Source of the DNA: Stramenopiles sp. TOSAG23-2
Lineage: Eukaryota
Assembly: GCA_900128395.1 (NCBI GenBank)
Contig: LT649278.1
Coordinates: 1 to 46,791 of the forward strand
Length of the DNA: 46,791 bases
Direction: 5' to 3'
The notes under the pieces were generated by a model that was given only the letters and a program-made list of their open reading frames with translations, did not search any database and had not been told where the DNA came from. Below, one piece after another: positions 31,406-42,088 of this stretch. The first letter of the stretch is position 1. Every line of letters begins with the position of its first letter. Both the position numbers and the translations under genes were made by a program.

Positions 31406-31950
31406 GATGATAATTTCTGTTGATTTTTAATCTTGTATATTATCGATACACACTCGTATGTAAATATATATATAGATGATTGAACACAGAAGCGCACACG
31501 CACACTTATAATCTACTATTACAATTGTATATAAATACTCTTTATACTATTACATACATTTACAAACATTATACAATACATGTATTAATAATAGAAATAC
31601 ATATTTTATCATCAAATATCAAATTAATTATTCCAGGTATTTCTAATTTCAAAATATTTTATACCCTTTCCCCTATTAATTAGAATATACCTGGTACATA
31701 TAAGTATAAGAAATTTGAGATATTGATTGAATATGATTTGATATTTCGTGAATTCGAAAAGATTTGTGCATTTGGTGATTTGGTGTGTGTGTCTGTTTGA
31801 GTGAGAGTGAAAGTAGTGTGTTGTTTTTTAATATTATAAGAAACATGAAACATGATGAGAGGAAACGCATGCGTATCTCTGTCTTAATATATAAATTCCT
31901 TTTTGCTTTAAATATTATATATAATATATATATATATATATATATGTTTT

Positions 31951-34679
31951 TTATAAATTTTGAAATTCATCATGTGTAAGCATTTCAATAGCTTCTTCAT
32001 CTGCTTTCTTCTCTTCCCCGTCTTCAAATTCATCATTAGCAGCTTTTTCATACCATTCTTTTGCCTTTTTTAAATCTTTTTTGATACCATAACCATAATG
32101 ATACATATTGCCAAGTAAACGTTGAACTTCAGATAAATTTTCATACTCGGAACCTTCACCTTCATCTACCGATTTTGTAAATAGTTCAAATGCCTTTTTT
32201 TTAAATCTTTTTTGATACCATAACCATAATGATACATATTGCCAAGTAAACGTTGAACTTCAGATAAATTTTCATACTCGGAACCTTCACCTTCATCTAC
32301 CGATTTTGTAAATAGTTCAAATGCCTTTTTGTTGTTTTTCCGCACTCCCTCACCATTTTTATACATTATACCTAGTAAATGTTTAGCTTCAAAAGATTCA
32401 TCATCTTCGTCATGTTCTAGTGCTTTTGTGAAATATTCAAATGCTTTTTTATCATCTTTTATGATACCTTCACCATTTCTATACATTATACCAAGCTGAA
32501 TTTGACTATAACAGATGTAATCTCCATTTTCAATTGCTTTGGTGTAATATTCAAATGCTTTAGCATAATTTTGTGGCATTTCATCTCCGTAATAGTACAA
32601 ATTTGCTAGCATATACTCATATTCACCACTCTTGCAGTGATCTGCTGCTTTTTGATACCATTCTTCTACTTTTTCATAATCTTTTGTAACATATTGACCA
32701 TGTAGATACATATCGCCAATATAATTCATACTACTTGAATCTTTACAATGCTGTGCTGATTTTGTGAAAAATTCAAAAGCAACTTTGTAATTTTTGGTAC
32801 ACCCATTACTTCCACGAAGATAACTCCAACCAATTTCAAACATTAATTTAGAATTTTGCTCTGTGGCTTTTGTCATCCATTCCAATGCTTTTTTTTCATC
32901 TTTTGGAAAACTATCACCACAACCTTTTCTGTACAACTCACCAATTATTTGGGAACTTCGAGCATATCCTTGTTCAGATGCTTTTTTATACCATTCCAAG
33001 GCTTTATTATAATTCTTTTTGATAAACCCACTTCCATAGCGAAAATACTGAGCAACTTCATATTGACCTTGCGCAAATCCCAGTTCTGCAGATTTTTTTA
33101 ACCATTCAAATGCTTTTTTTTCATCTTTCGCATCACCGTATCCATACCTATATGCATCACCAAGATAATATTGACCGATTGATGATCCTTGTTTTGCTGA
33201 TTTCATAAACAAACCAAATGCTTTCTTTTTGTCTTGTTTTACACCACATCCATAACAATAGCATATACCAAGCAAACATTCACCATATGCATCTCCTTGT
33301 TCCGCTGATTTACTAAAAAAATTAAATGCCGTTTTTTTATTATTTACGGTTTCGAAACCTTTTAAAGGCTCAATTTGAATATAATGCAAAAAACCAAGTA
33401 TATTTTGTGATAAACTATCATTTTTATTATTTTCATAATATTTAGTAATAATATTATATCCTTTTTCAGCATCTTTAATAAAATTACCAAATCCAAAAAT
33501 ATGACATACGCCAATTGCAAGATCAAATCCACTATATGCAGATATTTCAATCATAGTTTGATATTTAAGTGGTATAACAATCAGTGAATCGTAGTCATAG
33601 TCGGCGATTAAATGAAGAAATCCATTCATCATCAATTCACGTGCGCCAACAGATAAATCAACACTACTAACATTATTATTATTATTATCAGTCTTTTGCT
33701 TACGACGTTTTTTTCTTCTGGATGTAGATGATGATGAAGAAGACGAGCTAGTAGTACTACTATTGCTGCCATCAATATTGTTACCGTTTATCTCATCAAT
33801 ATTTTTACGTTTTTTTCCTGTTACATTATCGTTATTAATAATGTCTTTACCAACAGCGTCCACCACATTCTTAATTTTCAATTCAATATTTTCATTCATT
33901 TTTTTCAATATTTCAAGTTTTTTTTTATTTATTAATAATGATTTTTTCACATTTTCAAAATTCAGTTTTGCTTCATCATATGCTTTTTCTGATTGAATAT
34001 ATTCATTTTTCAATTTTACGCTATTCTCTTCCTCTGATTTTATCATTAAAGATTGACAATCTTTGATAGCATTATATTTATTCAATTCATCAGTTTTGTT
34101 GTTTAAGAAAAGTGCAATTTCAGATTCAAGAACACTAAACGATGATACTACCTCTGTAGTTAAAAGTGAATTAGAATCAATGTACTTTTTCCATTTATTA
34201 ATTTTTTCACTTGTCACTAAGACTTTTGGACTTGATTGTACAAGGTTTGCAATCTTTGATATTGTTTCAATCACATTATTCGTTGGCTCTGATGTTAGCA
34301 TTTCACCCTCAATCGTCCTCAACGCTTTATTGAAATCAATGCCATTTTTATTTTTTTGTTGCCACGATGATATCATACTTTTTACCATATGATTTGGTGT
34401 TAACATATGATTATTTAAAATAGCACCAGTTAAAGGAGATGTAACAGGTTGACCTTCTTTTGTTGCAATCCATTTTTCAATTGATTCACGTTCATATGTT
34501 TGCCCATCAGCTGCCATGACAGGATCTTTGAATATTTCACCACTAATTGAACATATAAAATGTTCTGGTGTTGGTATTTGCATACCACCAGTATCTTGAC
34601 TATTTGAAATTGACGTCGTCGTGGTGGTGGAATTCGTCGTCGTCGTCGTTGTTGTTGTTGTTGTTGGCATCATCATCAT
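31951..34679 (-). CDS. U-box + coiled-coil + SEL1-repeat protein, copy B; frameshifted near the 3' end by a 131-bp duplication
   Basis: 837-aa ORF 34679-32166 is clearly paralogous to copy A. Removing one copy of the duplication at about 32062-32330 restores ...KKDLKKAKEWYEKAANDEFEDGEEKKADEEAIEMLTHDEFQNL* ending at 31951, matching the C-terminus of copy A. Confidence 0.8.
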
Positions 34680-35246
34680 GATGATAATTTCTGTTTATTT
34701 TTTATTGTATGTTATCAATACACACACACGTATATAAATATATGTAGATTATTACACACAGAAGTACAAGCACACACACAGACTTATAATATACTACTAC
34801 AATTGTATATAAAGACTCTTTATACTATTATACATTTACAAACATATACAAAATATATGTATTAATAATGTAAATATAAATACAGTTTTTATCAAAAAAT
34901 ATTATCATCAATCAAATTCTTCTAAATTTCAAAATATGATATATCTTTCCCCTATCACTTAGAATACAAACAAGTATAGAAGTTTGAAATTGAGGTAAAG
35001 ATTGATTATATATGTATTCGTGATTCGTGAAGGGAAAAAATTTGTTGGCATCATCTGGTGTCGCGACTTGTGTGTGTGCTTTAGTGAAAGTAGTGCTAGA
35101 GTTAAATAAAAAGAGAAAAATATGTAGTACACAAAAAACATTTTTTTAATATATCCACAATGTATGATACTAAGTATGATACGTTCGTACGTACGAGAGA
35201 TCGTAAAATTATAAAAAGAGGATATTTTAGAGAATGATGACAATTT

Positions 35247-38200
35247 TTATTCTTCCTCCTCTTCAGATGTAAACCCGGAGTCACTTGCTTCATTTAATGC
35301 ACGTTCATCATCTGAATCATAATTTGCATCTCTTTCATAACGGGACAATTCATCTCTTGAAAAATATTCCCAATTATCCTTGCGATAAGTTTCATCTTTC
35401 TGTTCATCATCATCTCTTTTCATATCTGCTCTAGTATTTCGTATATGTATTTTAAGCCTTCCATCAGTTTCAAAGCCAATAATTCTTCCAACTTTCGATA
35501 CTGATTTTCTCCATGATTTTTTTTTCAATTTCCGTTTTTTTGCCTGACAATTGACTAGTTCTCCAAGCATAAAGACGTAATCAATAGGAAAATCCTCAGT
35601 TGCATCCTGTGGGCTTAAAAATTGATGACAAGCAATGACATCGTTTGCTTGGATACGTACTAATGCTTTGCTATATGTTGTTTTATTTAACAATGTAGCT
35701 CTGAAAAAATCGTGTTCCCTTCCATCTTTTTTCATAACATGAGCACTTTTAATTTTATGCGTGTCTAAAATTAGCTGTGCTTGGTAAGAGAACTCTTCCC
35801 ATGTTTGTGGAAGAAAAATCCGTTTTGTTTTCGCTTTAAGAATGTTTCTATGGCTTTCAACAAGATCTACCGGTATTTGTTTTTGTGCTATTCGCATTAT
35901 ATTCCCATTTGGCATGTATATAAGATTACGTTTGATATCAGCTGCATGCAGCTTATTTTCCAATTCGAACATACATAAATCCTCTTGGACAGTAAACTTG
36001 ATATCTTTGTTTTTATTTTCTACAACGCCATATTTCACAAGCAATTTATCAAAGTCCAAGATTTCATCTTTCTGAAGAACCCAACGCTCATCATCATCAA
36101 AATGTATTTTAAATTTTATGGTGTTCATTCTCTTGATAATTTTAACAATTTTACCTGGAAAATACCTGGTCCATCTTTTCGCCCTAAGTTTTCCCTCTAC
36201 ACGTTTACCAATCAGCTTACTATAATGATGATCCTTTGCAATACTTGTGTCGTCATCGTCCTCCTTCGTCTCCTCCTCGTCATTGTTGATGTAGCCTTTA
36301 GTTTCCCCAATAACCTCACCATCCGTTAGAGCTTTTTTCTGTTTCAAACTTGTTAAAAATGTTTTAGGTTTTGTACGCAACAAATTTTTTGAATTTAGAA
36401 TATCTACAATTTTCCGTTCGATATTTTTGTTAAATTGGTAAGATATATCTCGAGTTTCATTTGAAAAAGCATACTTTGGTAGAACATTTGATACATGTTC
36501 TATTATGGTGTTTAAATCGCGCATACGTGTATCCCTATTATCATAATATTCATCTCCGTGATAATATTCATCATCGTCGCTATTTTCTCCATGATCATTT
36601 ATCTGCTTATAGAAACATATGTCAAAAGTTCCATCATCGTGTTTTTTTAATATAGTTCCTGGTAACCAATCAGTATCTTTTATTTCGTTAGCATATTTAT
36701 TGAGGTTATTTTCAGACCACGGTGTTGCTAATACTGTATCAGTTAGGCGGAGCGAATTTGTCTTACTATTTGATGGTTTTCTGCAAGGATGATAACGTTT
36801 AGTAACTCCACAACAAGACCAGTGTGGTTGTCGAATGATTGCTATTCCATGACAACATACAGGATGAAACGTGTTACAATTATTATTACAGGTACTGATT
36901 TTTTTCTTTGAACGATTACACCATGCATCTTTTGACTCGTCCCGCCATTCACCACTATGTCCAAGTATTCGATCGGTTAATGACTTACATGGTATCGTCA
37001 CCGAGGATGATGTAGCAATACTATTATCAACATCAGTTTTATTAGCATCATCTTCTTTGAACTCATTTGTTAATTTAATAATTTCTCCACGATTTAATAC
37101 TTTTATCACTTCCTCCATTTTTCTTGATTTATATAAGTTTGTTTCACGAAGAACGACAAAACTCAACGACTTATCTTTTTTATTATTTGGAAAAGTAGGA
37201 CATAATGGACTTCGGAGTATAACCTCGTTAATATCTCCTTTTTTCCCCTTATTTACGCTTGAACCAATTACAGCGTATCCCACAGACCCGTTGTCAGTTT
37301 GAAATTTTAGACATGAGCAAGTACCTAATAAAGGCATAAACGGGGTGATACGCTTCATTGGCACAAAGTTTAATGAAAAATGATCATCTGTTAACAATTT
37401 TACAGTTTGTTCATCATAATTTACAGACTGTACAACGCATATTCTGCGTCTTTCTTTTCTAAATACATGGCGTCTTGAATAATTAATCCCACCCTCTAAC
37501 CATTCTGTATGTGGTTTCAACGTTTTTAAAATCACAATGTCGCCCTTTTCATATATTTTGGAGCTATTATTTGTTTTTTCCATGGCCCACATCTTATGCT
37601 GTGATCTCGTTTTCGTTTTTAACAACTTAATTTTTTTCCAATCTTTGCTTTCAAGTGGCATATTTTCTAATCTAATTTTCTCTTCTTTCAGTTTCTTCAG
37701 CCTATCTTCCAGTTCTGGTATCTTCTTTTCAGCAATTGATAAATTCTTTTGCATTTCTTTGAATTGAGCATTTTTCGAGGCGATGCTATTAATCTTATCG
37801 TTAATAAGTTTCTTGATTTCTTTTTTATTTTTTTTAATTGGTATTTGCTTTACAATTATTTTCCCGAGTAAATCTTTGGTTTCGTAAGGTCCATACCCAT
37901 CAGAATCATAAAGTACCAATGATGGCGTAATATCTGAATGTTCCAATAACTTTTGAACAACTTTAACGTTACCGCAACTAATGGCCATTAATAATGGTGT
38001 TTTCCCCCCTTTCCCACGTTGGTTTACATCGATACCTTTTTGCTTCAATAAAAATTCGGTAACATCAGGAGTTCCATGATACGCGGTGGTGCATAATGGT
38101 GTTTCTTGCTCAAATTTAGACACATTTGCATTGACATTATATTTATTATCTTGAATAGCCTTCCGAGATTCCCCGTTAAAAAAGACAACATGGCTTTTAC

Positions 38201-40712
38201 AAGATTTTACAAGCATTCTGTCCAATGCTGATTCTTTATTTATAGCATCATTCTTCTCCATCATATCTATCAATGATTTATAGGCCTTATCAAAACACTT
38301 CAATGTTACCGTGGATTTTTCTAGATCAAGTGGATCAATCTTTTTTTTTTGTTCCATCGTAGACGAAACCAATGCAATTATATCTTGCGTATCTTTATTT
38401 CTGCAACTCATCATTTGTTTCTCTACATATTTTAACTCTTTTTCTTTCTTTTGAAGTGTTCGTGTAATTTTTTTACGTTCCTTTATCAATGCTTCATGTG
38501 GTGCTAGCAAATCACTATATTTTTCGTATTTCTTATTAATATTATCAAACTTTTTGTCTAGTAATCGGAATTCTTTTTTATTAGACACAAGTCTATAATG
38601 ATAGTGTGCACACACCCATTTACGAATAGTATGGCAAACGGAATATGCTTTTCCAAGATCTCCTGCTACCAAATCCCCAGCAAAATGTGTTTCAACATAT
38701 GGCCGAAGTTTCTTGAGAGTATTTTCATCTATTTTTGTGCTATCAAATGTCATCATATTATTCATCATTTGTTTCCCTGTCATATAAAGTTCTTGCGTTA
38801 CTATGCGAAAATAATCTTCTTCTCCATTATTTTCATTTATATCTGGTGCAAGTTTAAAAATAATTCCAAGTGCCTCAGTAGCCAATATTAGAGATTTTGG
38901 CGGCGAGACAAAAGATCTTATTGCGTATACCTCGTTTGGAGTTGTCAGCTGCACGAGTGATGACACTTTTTTAACTTCTTCTTTTGCTTTAGTTATTAAG
39001 TTGTCATATAATGCCTCTTGTTTTAACTTTTCACATAGCACCTCAATTACATCGCAATTTTCTACCTCATCAGCATATGCTTGTTTGGACAATGCAATTT
39101 CTTTACTAGTTTTAACAAGAGATTCTTTTATTACATTTTTTTGAATATTTAATTGTTCTACAAATCCATGGAGTTTATTATCTTTGTTAAATTTGTTTAC
39201 TAAAGAACAAAAACCAATGAGGTTTACAGTATTTAATTTCAATGCAAATAATTTTTGCTCCAAATTTTTTACGTGTACTTTTTGATCCTCGATGTATTCT
39301 TCAGTATCTTGTATCGCTTTTACATTTTCGACTAATAATGGCTTTTTCTCAAGTAAATGAAGCAACGGCTTCCGTGTATACATTCGAGCCTTTGCCCCAT
39401 TTGCAAGAGCCCAATTTAATTCAATGACATTGACTCCATCATTACGAGCTAAGATAAGCTTGCCGACACCCATATGGGTTTTGATTGTATATGCATCAGT
39501 TGGACATGGATTATTTTTTCTTTCATTTTTTTTTCGCAGTAAATTATCTTCAATCATACCACTTACCTTTGTTTCATTTTCAGTATCGTCATTATTAGAA
39601 TTGCTATTAGTATTATTATCATTTAAAACCACAGAGTCGTATGGCAATCGCCCATCCCATAATGGATAATCATACCAAAGAGCACTAGCCCAACCACATC
39701 TTGGGCAATTGTTATTGGCTTCATGGGCATGTGCAGCCATATCATTGCAATTCAAATTAATAATTGGACCAAAGAAACATATTTTGCACATTCTTGCGTT
39801 TGGTAAAGCATTTTTCATTGCATAATTAATTTTTGTCCTTTCTACTGCTTTCTCATCGATTCCATTTCCTCTCATTGCATTTAATAATTGTTCTTGCGTT
39901 TCCTTTATACGTTTACTCGTTTCTGTTGCGTATAATAATGTTGTAAAAAATCTACAACAAATAGATTGAGATAATACTTTGGAAATTTCATGATCAGCAT
40001 AATGATCTGAATTACAATTTCCGGAAGCCACAGCTGGGCAATAAATATGACCAGAGCGGGTATGTAAATCTTGAAAATTAAAGCTTGAACCACTTTGCCG
40101 TGCTTTCTCAACGCTTTCGAATGTGCTCTGTTTCACCCAATCATTTAAACAGTCCGAGCAAGTAAAGTGTGAATTACAACACGAAAGACCTTTTAAGGAA
40201 CTTTTCGTTTCCAGGCAAATTAAACAAGTATTTGTATCTGGATTGAATGTAATACTTTTTGAATGAACTTGCTTAATTCCTTCTTTGCTGGAAAGTAATA
40301 GTTTTTTTAATCTAGCTTTTTCTACAATGGTGATGTTGCCCAACCTACATGATTCTGATATCTTATCCAAAGTATATATAACTTCATCTTTATCAGTTCC
40401 ATATTCTTTTTCAATAAAGTCAGCGATTTCTTCATGCCCTCCTTGCCCTGTTTTTTGTCGCAAAATATTTGGCGGTGATGTTTCGACATACGATGTAGTA
40501 TCATTGACTTCTGATCTAATTTCTCCTAATAGCCTATTCATTGGTGGCAACCGGTTTAGCCCAGTCACATTATTAAATAATTTACATTTTGTTAAGTTAT
40601 TTTGTATATTTTTAGAAAAGAGGTTAAAATTCACAATTTGGATTTCTGATGATTTTTTTGCTTCCTTGTTTTCTTTTTTCCTTTTTTTTGCACCTTTTCT
40701 TTTTTTTGGCAT
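35247..40712 (-). CDS. Large mosaic protein: RING/IBR-like Zn fingers, coiled coil with a dynein-stalk microtubule-binding-domain-like region, ankyrin repeats, Cys/His motif, Tudor/Agenet-like domains
   Basis: 1821-aa intact ORF with CLICLETK...CCNSHFTCSDCLNDW...CP; CKICFFGP...CNDM...CPRCGW; IRSFVSPPKSLILATEALGII...TFDSTKIDENTLKKLRPYV...CHTIRKWVCAHYHY; ETPLCTTAYHG...GKTPLLMAISCGNVKVVQKLL; WLPGTILKKHDDGTFDI; YFPGKIVK...IHFDDD. Confidence 0.75.
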   Translation of the reverse strand: MPKKRKGAKKRKKENKEAKKSSEIQIVNFNLFSKNIQNNLTKCKLFNNVTGLNRLPPMNRLLGEIRSEVNDTTSYVETSPPNILRQKTGQGGHEEIADFIEKEYGTDKDEVIYTLDKISESCRLGNITIVEKARLKKLLLSSKEGIKQVHSKSITFNPDTNTCLICLETKSSLKGLSCCNSHFTCSDCLNDWVKQSTFESVEKARQSGSSFNFQDLHTRSGHIYCPAVASGNCNSDHYADHEISKVLSQSICCRFFTTLLYATETSKRIKETQEQLLNAMRGNGIDEKAVERTKINYAMKNALPNARMCKICFFGPIINLNCNDMAAHAHEANNNCPRCGWASALWYDYPLWDGRLPYDSVVLNDNNTNSNSNNDDTENETKVSGMIEDNLLRKKNERKNNPCPTDAYTIKTHMGVGKLILARNDGVNVIELNWALANGAKARMYTRKPLLHLLEKKPLLVENVKAIQDTEEYIEDQKVHVKNLEQKLFALKLNTVNLIGFCSLVNKFNKDNKLHGFVEQLNIQKNVIKESLVKTSKEIALSKQAYADEVENCDVIEVLCEKLKQEALYDNLITKAKEEVKKVSSLVQLTTPNEVYAIRSFVSPPKSLILATEALGIIFKLAPDINENNGEEDYFRIVTQELYMTGKQMMNNMMTFDSTKIDENTLKKLRPYVETHFAGDLVAGDLGKAYSVCHTIRKWVCAHYHYRLVSNKKEFRLLDKKFDNINKKYEKYSDLLAPHEALIKERKKITRTLQKKEKELKYVEKQMMSCRNKDTQDIIALVSSTMEQKKKIDPLDLEKSTVTLKCFDKAYKSLIDMMEKNDAINKESALDRMLVKSCKSHVVFFNGESRKAIQDNKYNVNANVSKFEQETPLCTTAYHGTPDVTEFLLKQKGIDVNQRGKGGKTPLLMAISCGNVKVVQKLLEHSDITPSLVLYDSDGYGPYETKDLLGKIIVKQIPIKKNKKEIKKLINDKINSIASKNAQFKEMQKNLSIAEKKIPELEDRLKKLKEEKIRLENMPLESKDWKKIKLLKTKTRSQHKMWAMEKTNNSSKIYEKGDIVILKTLKPHTEWLEGGINYSRRHVFRKERRRICVVQSVNYDEQTVKLLTDDHFSLNFVPMKRITPFMPLLGTCSCLKFQTDNGSVGYAVIGSSVNKGKKGDINEVILRSPLCPTFPNNKKDKSLSFVVLRETNLYKSRKMEEVIKVLNRGEIIKLTNEFKEDDANKTDVDNSIATSSSVTIPCKSLTDRILGHSGEWRDESKDAWCNRSKKKISTCNNNCNTFHPVCCHGIAIIRQPHWSCCGVTKRYHPCRKPSNSKTNSLRLTDTVLATPWSENNLNKYANEIKDTDWLPGTILKKHDDGTFDICFYKQINDHGENSDDDEYYHGDEYYDNRDTRMRDLNTIIEHVSNVLPKYAFSNETRDISYQFNKNIERKIVDILNSKNLLRTKPKTFLTSLKQKKALTDGEVIGETKGYINNDEEETKEDDDDTSIAKDHHYSKLIGKRVEGKLRAKRWTRYFPGKIVKIIKRMNTIKFKIHFDDDERWVLQKDEILDFDKLLVKYGVVENKNKDIKFTVQEDLCMFELENKLHAADIKRNLIYMPNGNIMRIAQKQIPVDLVESHRNILKAKTKRIFLPQTWEEFSYQAQLILDTHKIKSAHVMKKDGREHDFFRATLLNKTTYSKALVRIQANDVIACHQFLSPQDATEDFPIDYVFMLGELVNCQAKKRKLKKKSWRKSVSKVGRIIGFETDGRLKIHIRNTRADMKRDDDEQKDETYRKDNWEYFSRDELSRYERDANYDSDDERALNEASDSGFTSEEEEE

Positions 40713-40717
40713 ATTAT

Positions 40718-41120
40718 TATATATGTCTTTGTTTTTCTTTAATTTAAATTATTATTATTATATTATTGTTGTTGTATTTACAATTTGATTTCAAAAAGTT
40801 CTTAATATTATATATGGGTATATACAATTATTTATTATTGTTTTATTAAATAAAGAAAAGGTGGTTGTCGTGTTGTCGTGTTGTCGTGGGAATTTATATA
40901 TATATATGTCTTTGTTTCTCTTTAATTTAAATTATTATTATTATATTATTGTTGTTGTATTTACAATTGGATTTCAAAAAGATATACATATGTGCATATG
41001 TGGGTATATACAATTATTTATTTACTATTCATTATCATGATATAATAATAATAATAAGAAAAAAAAAAGGTTGTTGTCTTGTTTTGTCGCGAGAGGACGT
41101 TGTCGTGTGTTGTCGTGTGT
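40718..41120. repeat. Diverged tandem duplication of the region directly upstream of the 1821-aa gene
   Basis: TATATGTCTTTGTTT(T/C)TCTTTAATTTAAATTATT...TGGGTATATACAATTATTTATT occurs at about 40718 and 40901. Each copy is followed by GTTGTCGT repeats. Confidence 0.85.
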
Positions 41121-41345
41121 TAATTTTTATTTTTTTATTTTTATGTACAAAATAGGATAACATATAAAGTGCTATTTATATGCTAAATTAGATCACGCAA
41201 TACCTTAAATGTATCCTATAATTAAAATTAAAATCTTAATTATATCTAGTACTATACTAATACTACTACTACTATAATACTACTATATATCTAGATATGG
41301 ATTCTTAAACATGATGAACAATGAACAATGTAGAAAGAACCTATT

Positions 41346-41639
41346 CCCTATCCGGAGGGATAGGGTGTGTACAGTAAAATTTACTAAGCAATAGGCCTGA
41401 AATGATTAGCATTGAATAGCACATGTCCCAGATTATATCGGGACATATGGGACATTTTTGGGACATACGCTATGTCCATGCTAAATTTACCATATTTAAA
41501 ATAAATAGCATATACACATCATTCATGTCCCGTCCTGCTATGTCCATACTAATTAACAGGCACACAGCTCATGTCCCGCTGTGTTCAAACGAAATCCGGG
41601 ACATAAAAAACGTGTGTACAGTAAAATTAACATGGACAT
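41346..41639. repeat. Motif cluster: hairpin, 17-bp direct repeats and ten GGACAT/ATGTCC hexamers
   Basis: CCCTATCC-GGAG-GGATAGGG at 41346-41365. GTGTGTACAGTAAAATT at 41365 and 41612. Hexamers at 41423, 41441, 41450, 41461, 41472, 41525, 41540, 41571, 41599 and 41634. Confidence 0.85.
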
Positions 41640-42088
41640 ATCACCATGATGCTGTGTACTGCCTAATTCCAAAAGAACAATTCTACAAATTGGAGTTTTT
41701 TTAGTATAGTAACAAGAACATTTTTATGCTATCAAATTAGAGGAAATATTTGGAATTTTTTTTTTTTTATATTTTCGGAAATTCTTACTTTGAAGTTTGG
41801 TATTATTTTTGTATTTGAAAAATAGGATGTAGTGGAGCAAAAATAATTAAAATATACATTTTTTACATCTTATTTTTTTTTATTAATTTTGTTATTTTTA
41901 AACTCACACAAAGCTTCGATATAACATAGTTTTCGACTATTGTTATTCTTACACCCTTTGAACTTTGAAGTGTACTAATTCGAATATTTAAGTGATAAAT
42001 TTTTTTATTGAAAGAAGACATTTTTTTCTTTAAGATGTTTATTATTATAAACCTTCCTTAAACATAAATAGTATGGACACAGCATGTC

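Larger units (their letters stand above)
28578..35096. repeat. Tandem segmental duplication of about 3.2-3.3 kb (gene plus about 400 bp of upstream sequence)
   Basis: 28578-~31818 aligns by eye with 31951-~35096, including non-coding blocks (ACAATTGTATATAAA, CTCTTTATACTATTA, CTTTCCCCTAT, AGTGAAAGTAGTG). Confidence 0.9.

Noticed and set aside
834-40788. Numerous short ORFs overlapping or antisense to the long genes
   Set aside because: Shadow ORFs from codon bias and trinucleotide repeats (poly-Leu/Tyr/Ile from AAT runs), with no independent motifs.
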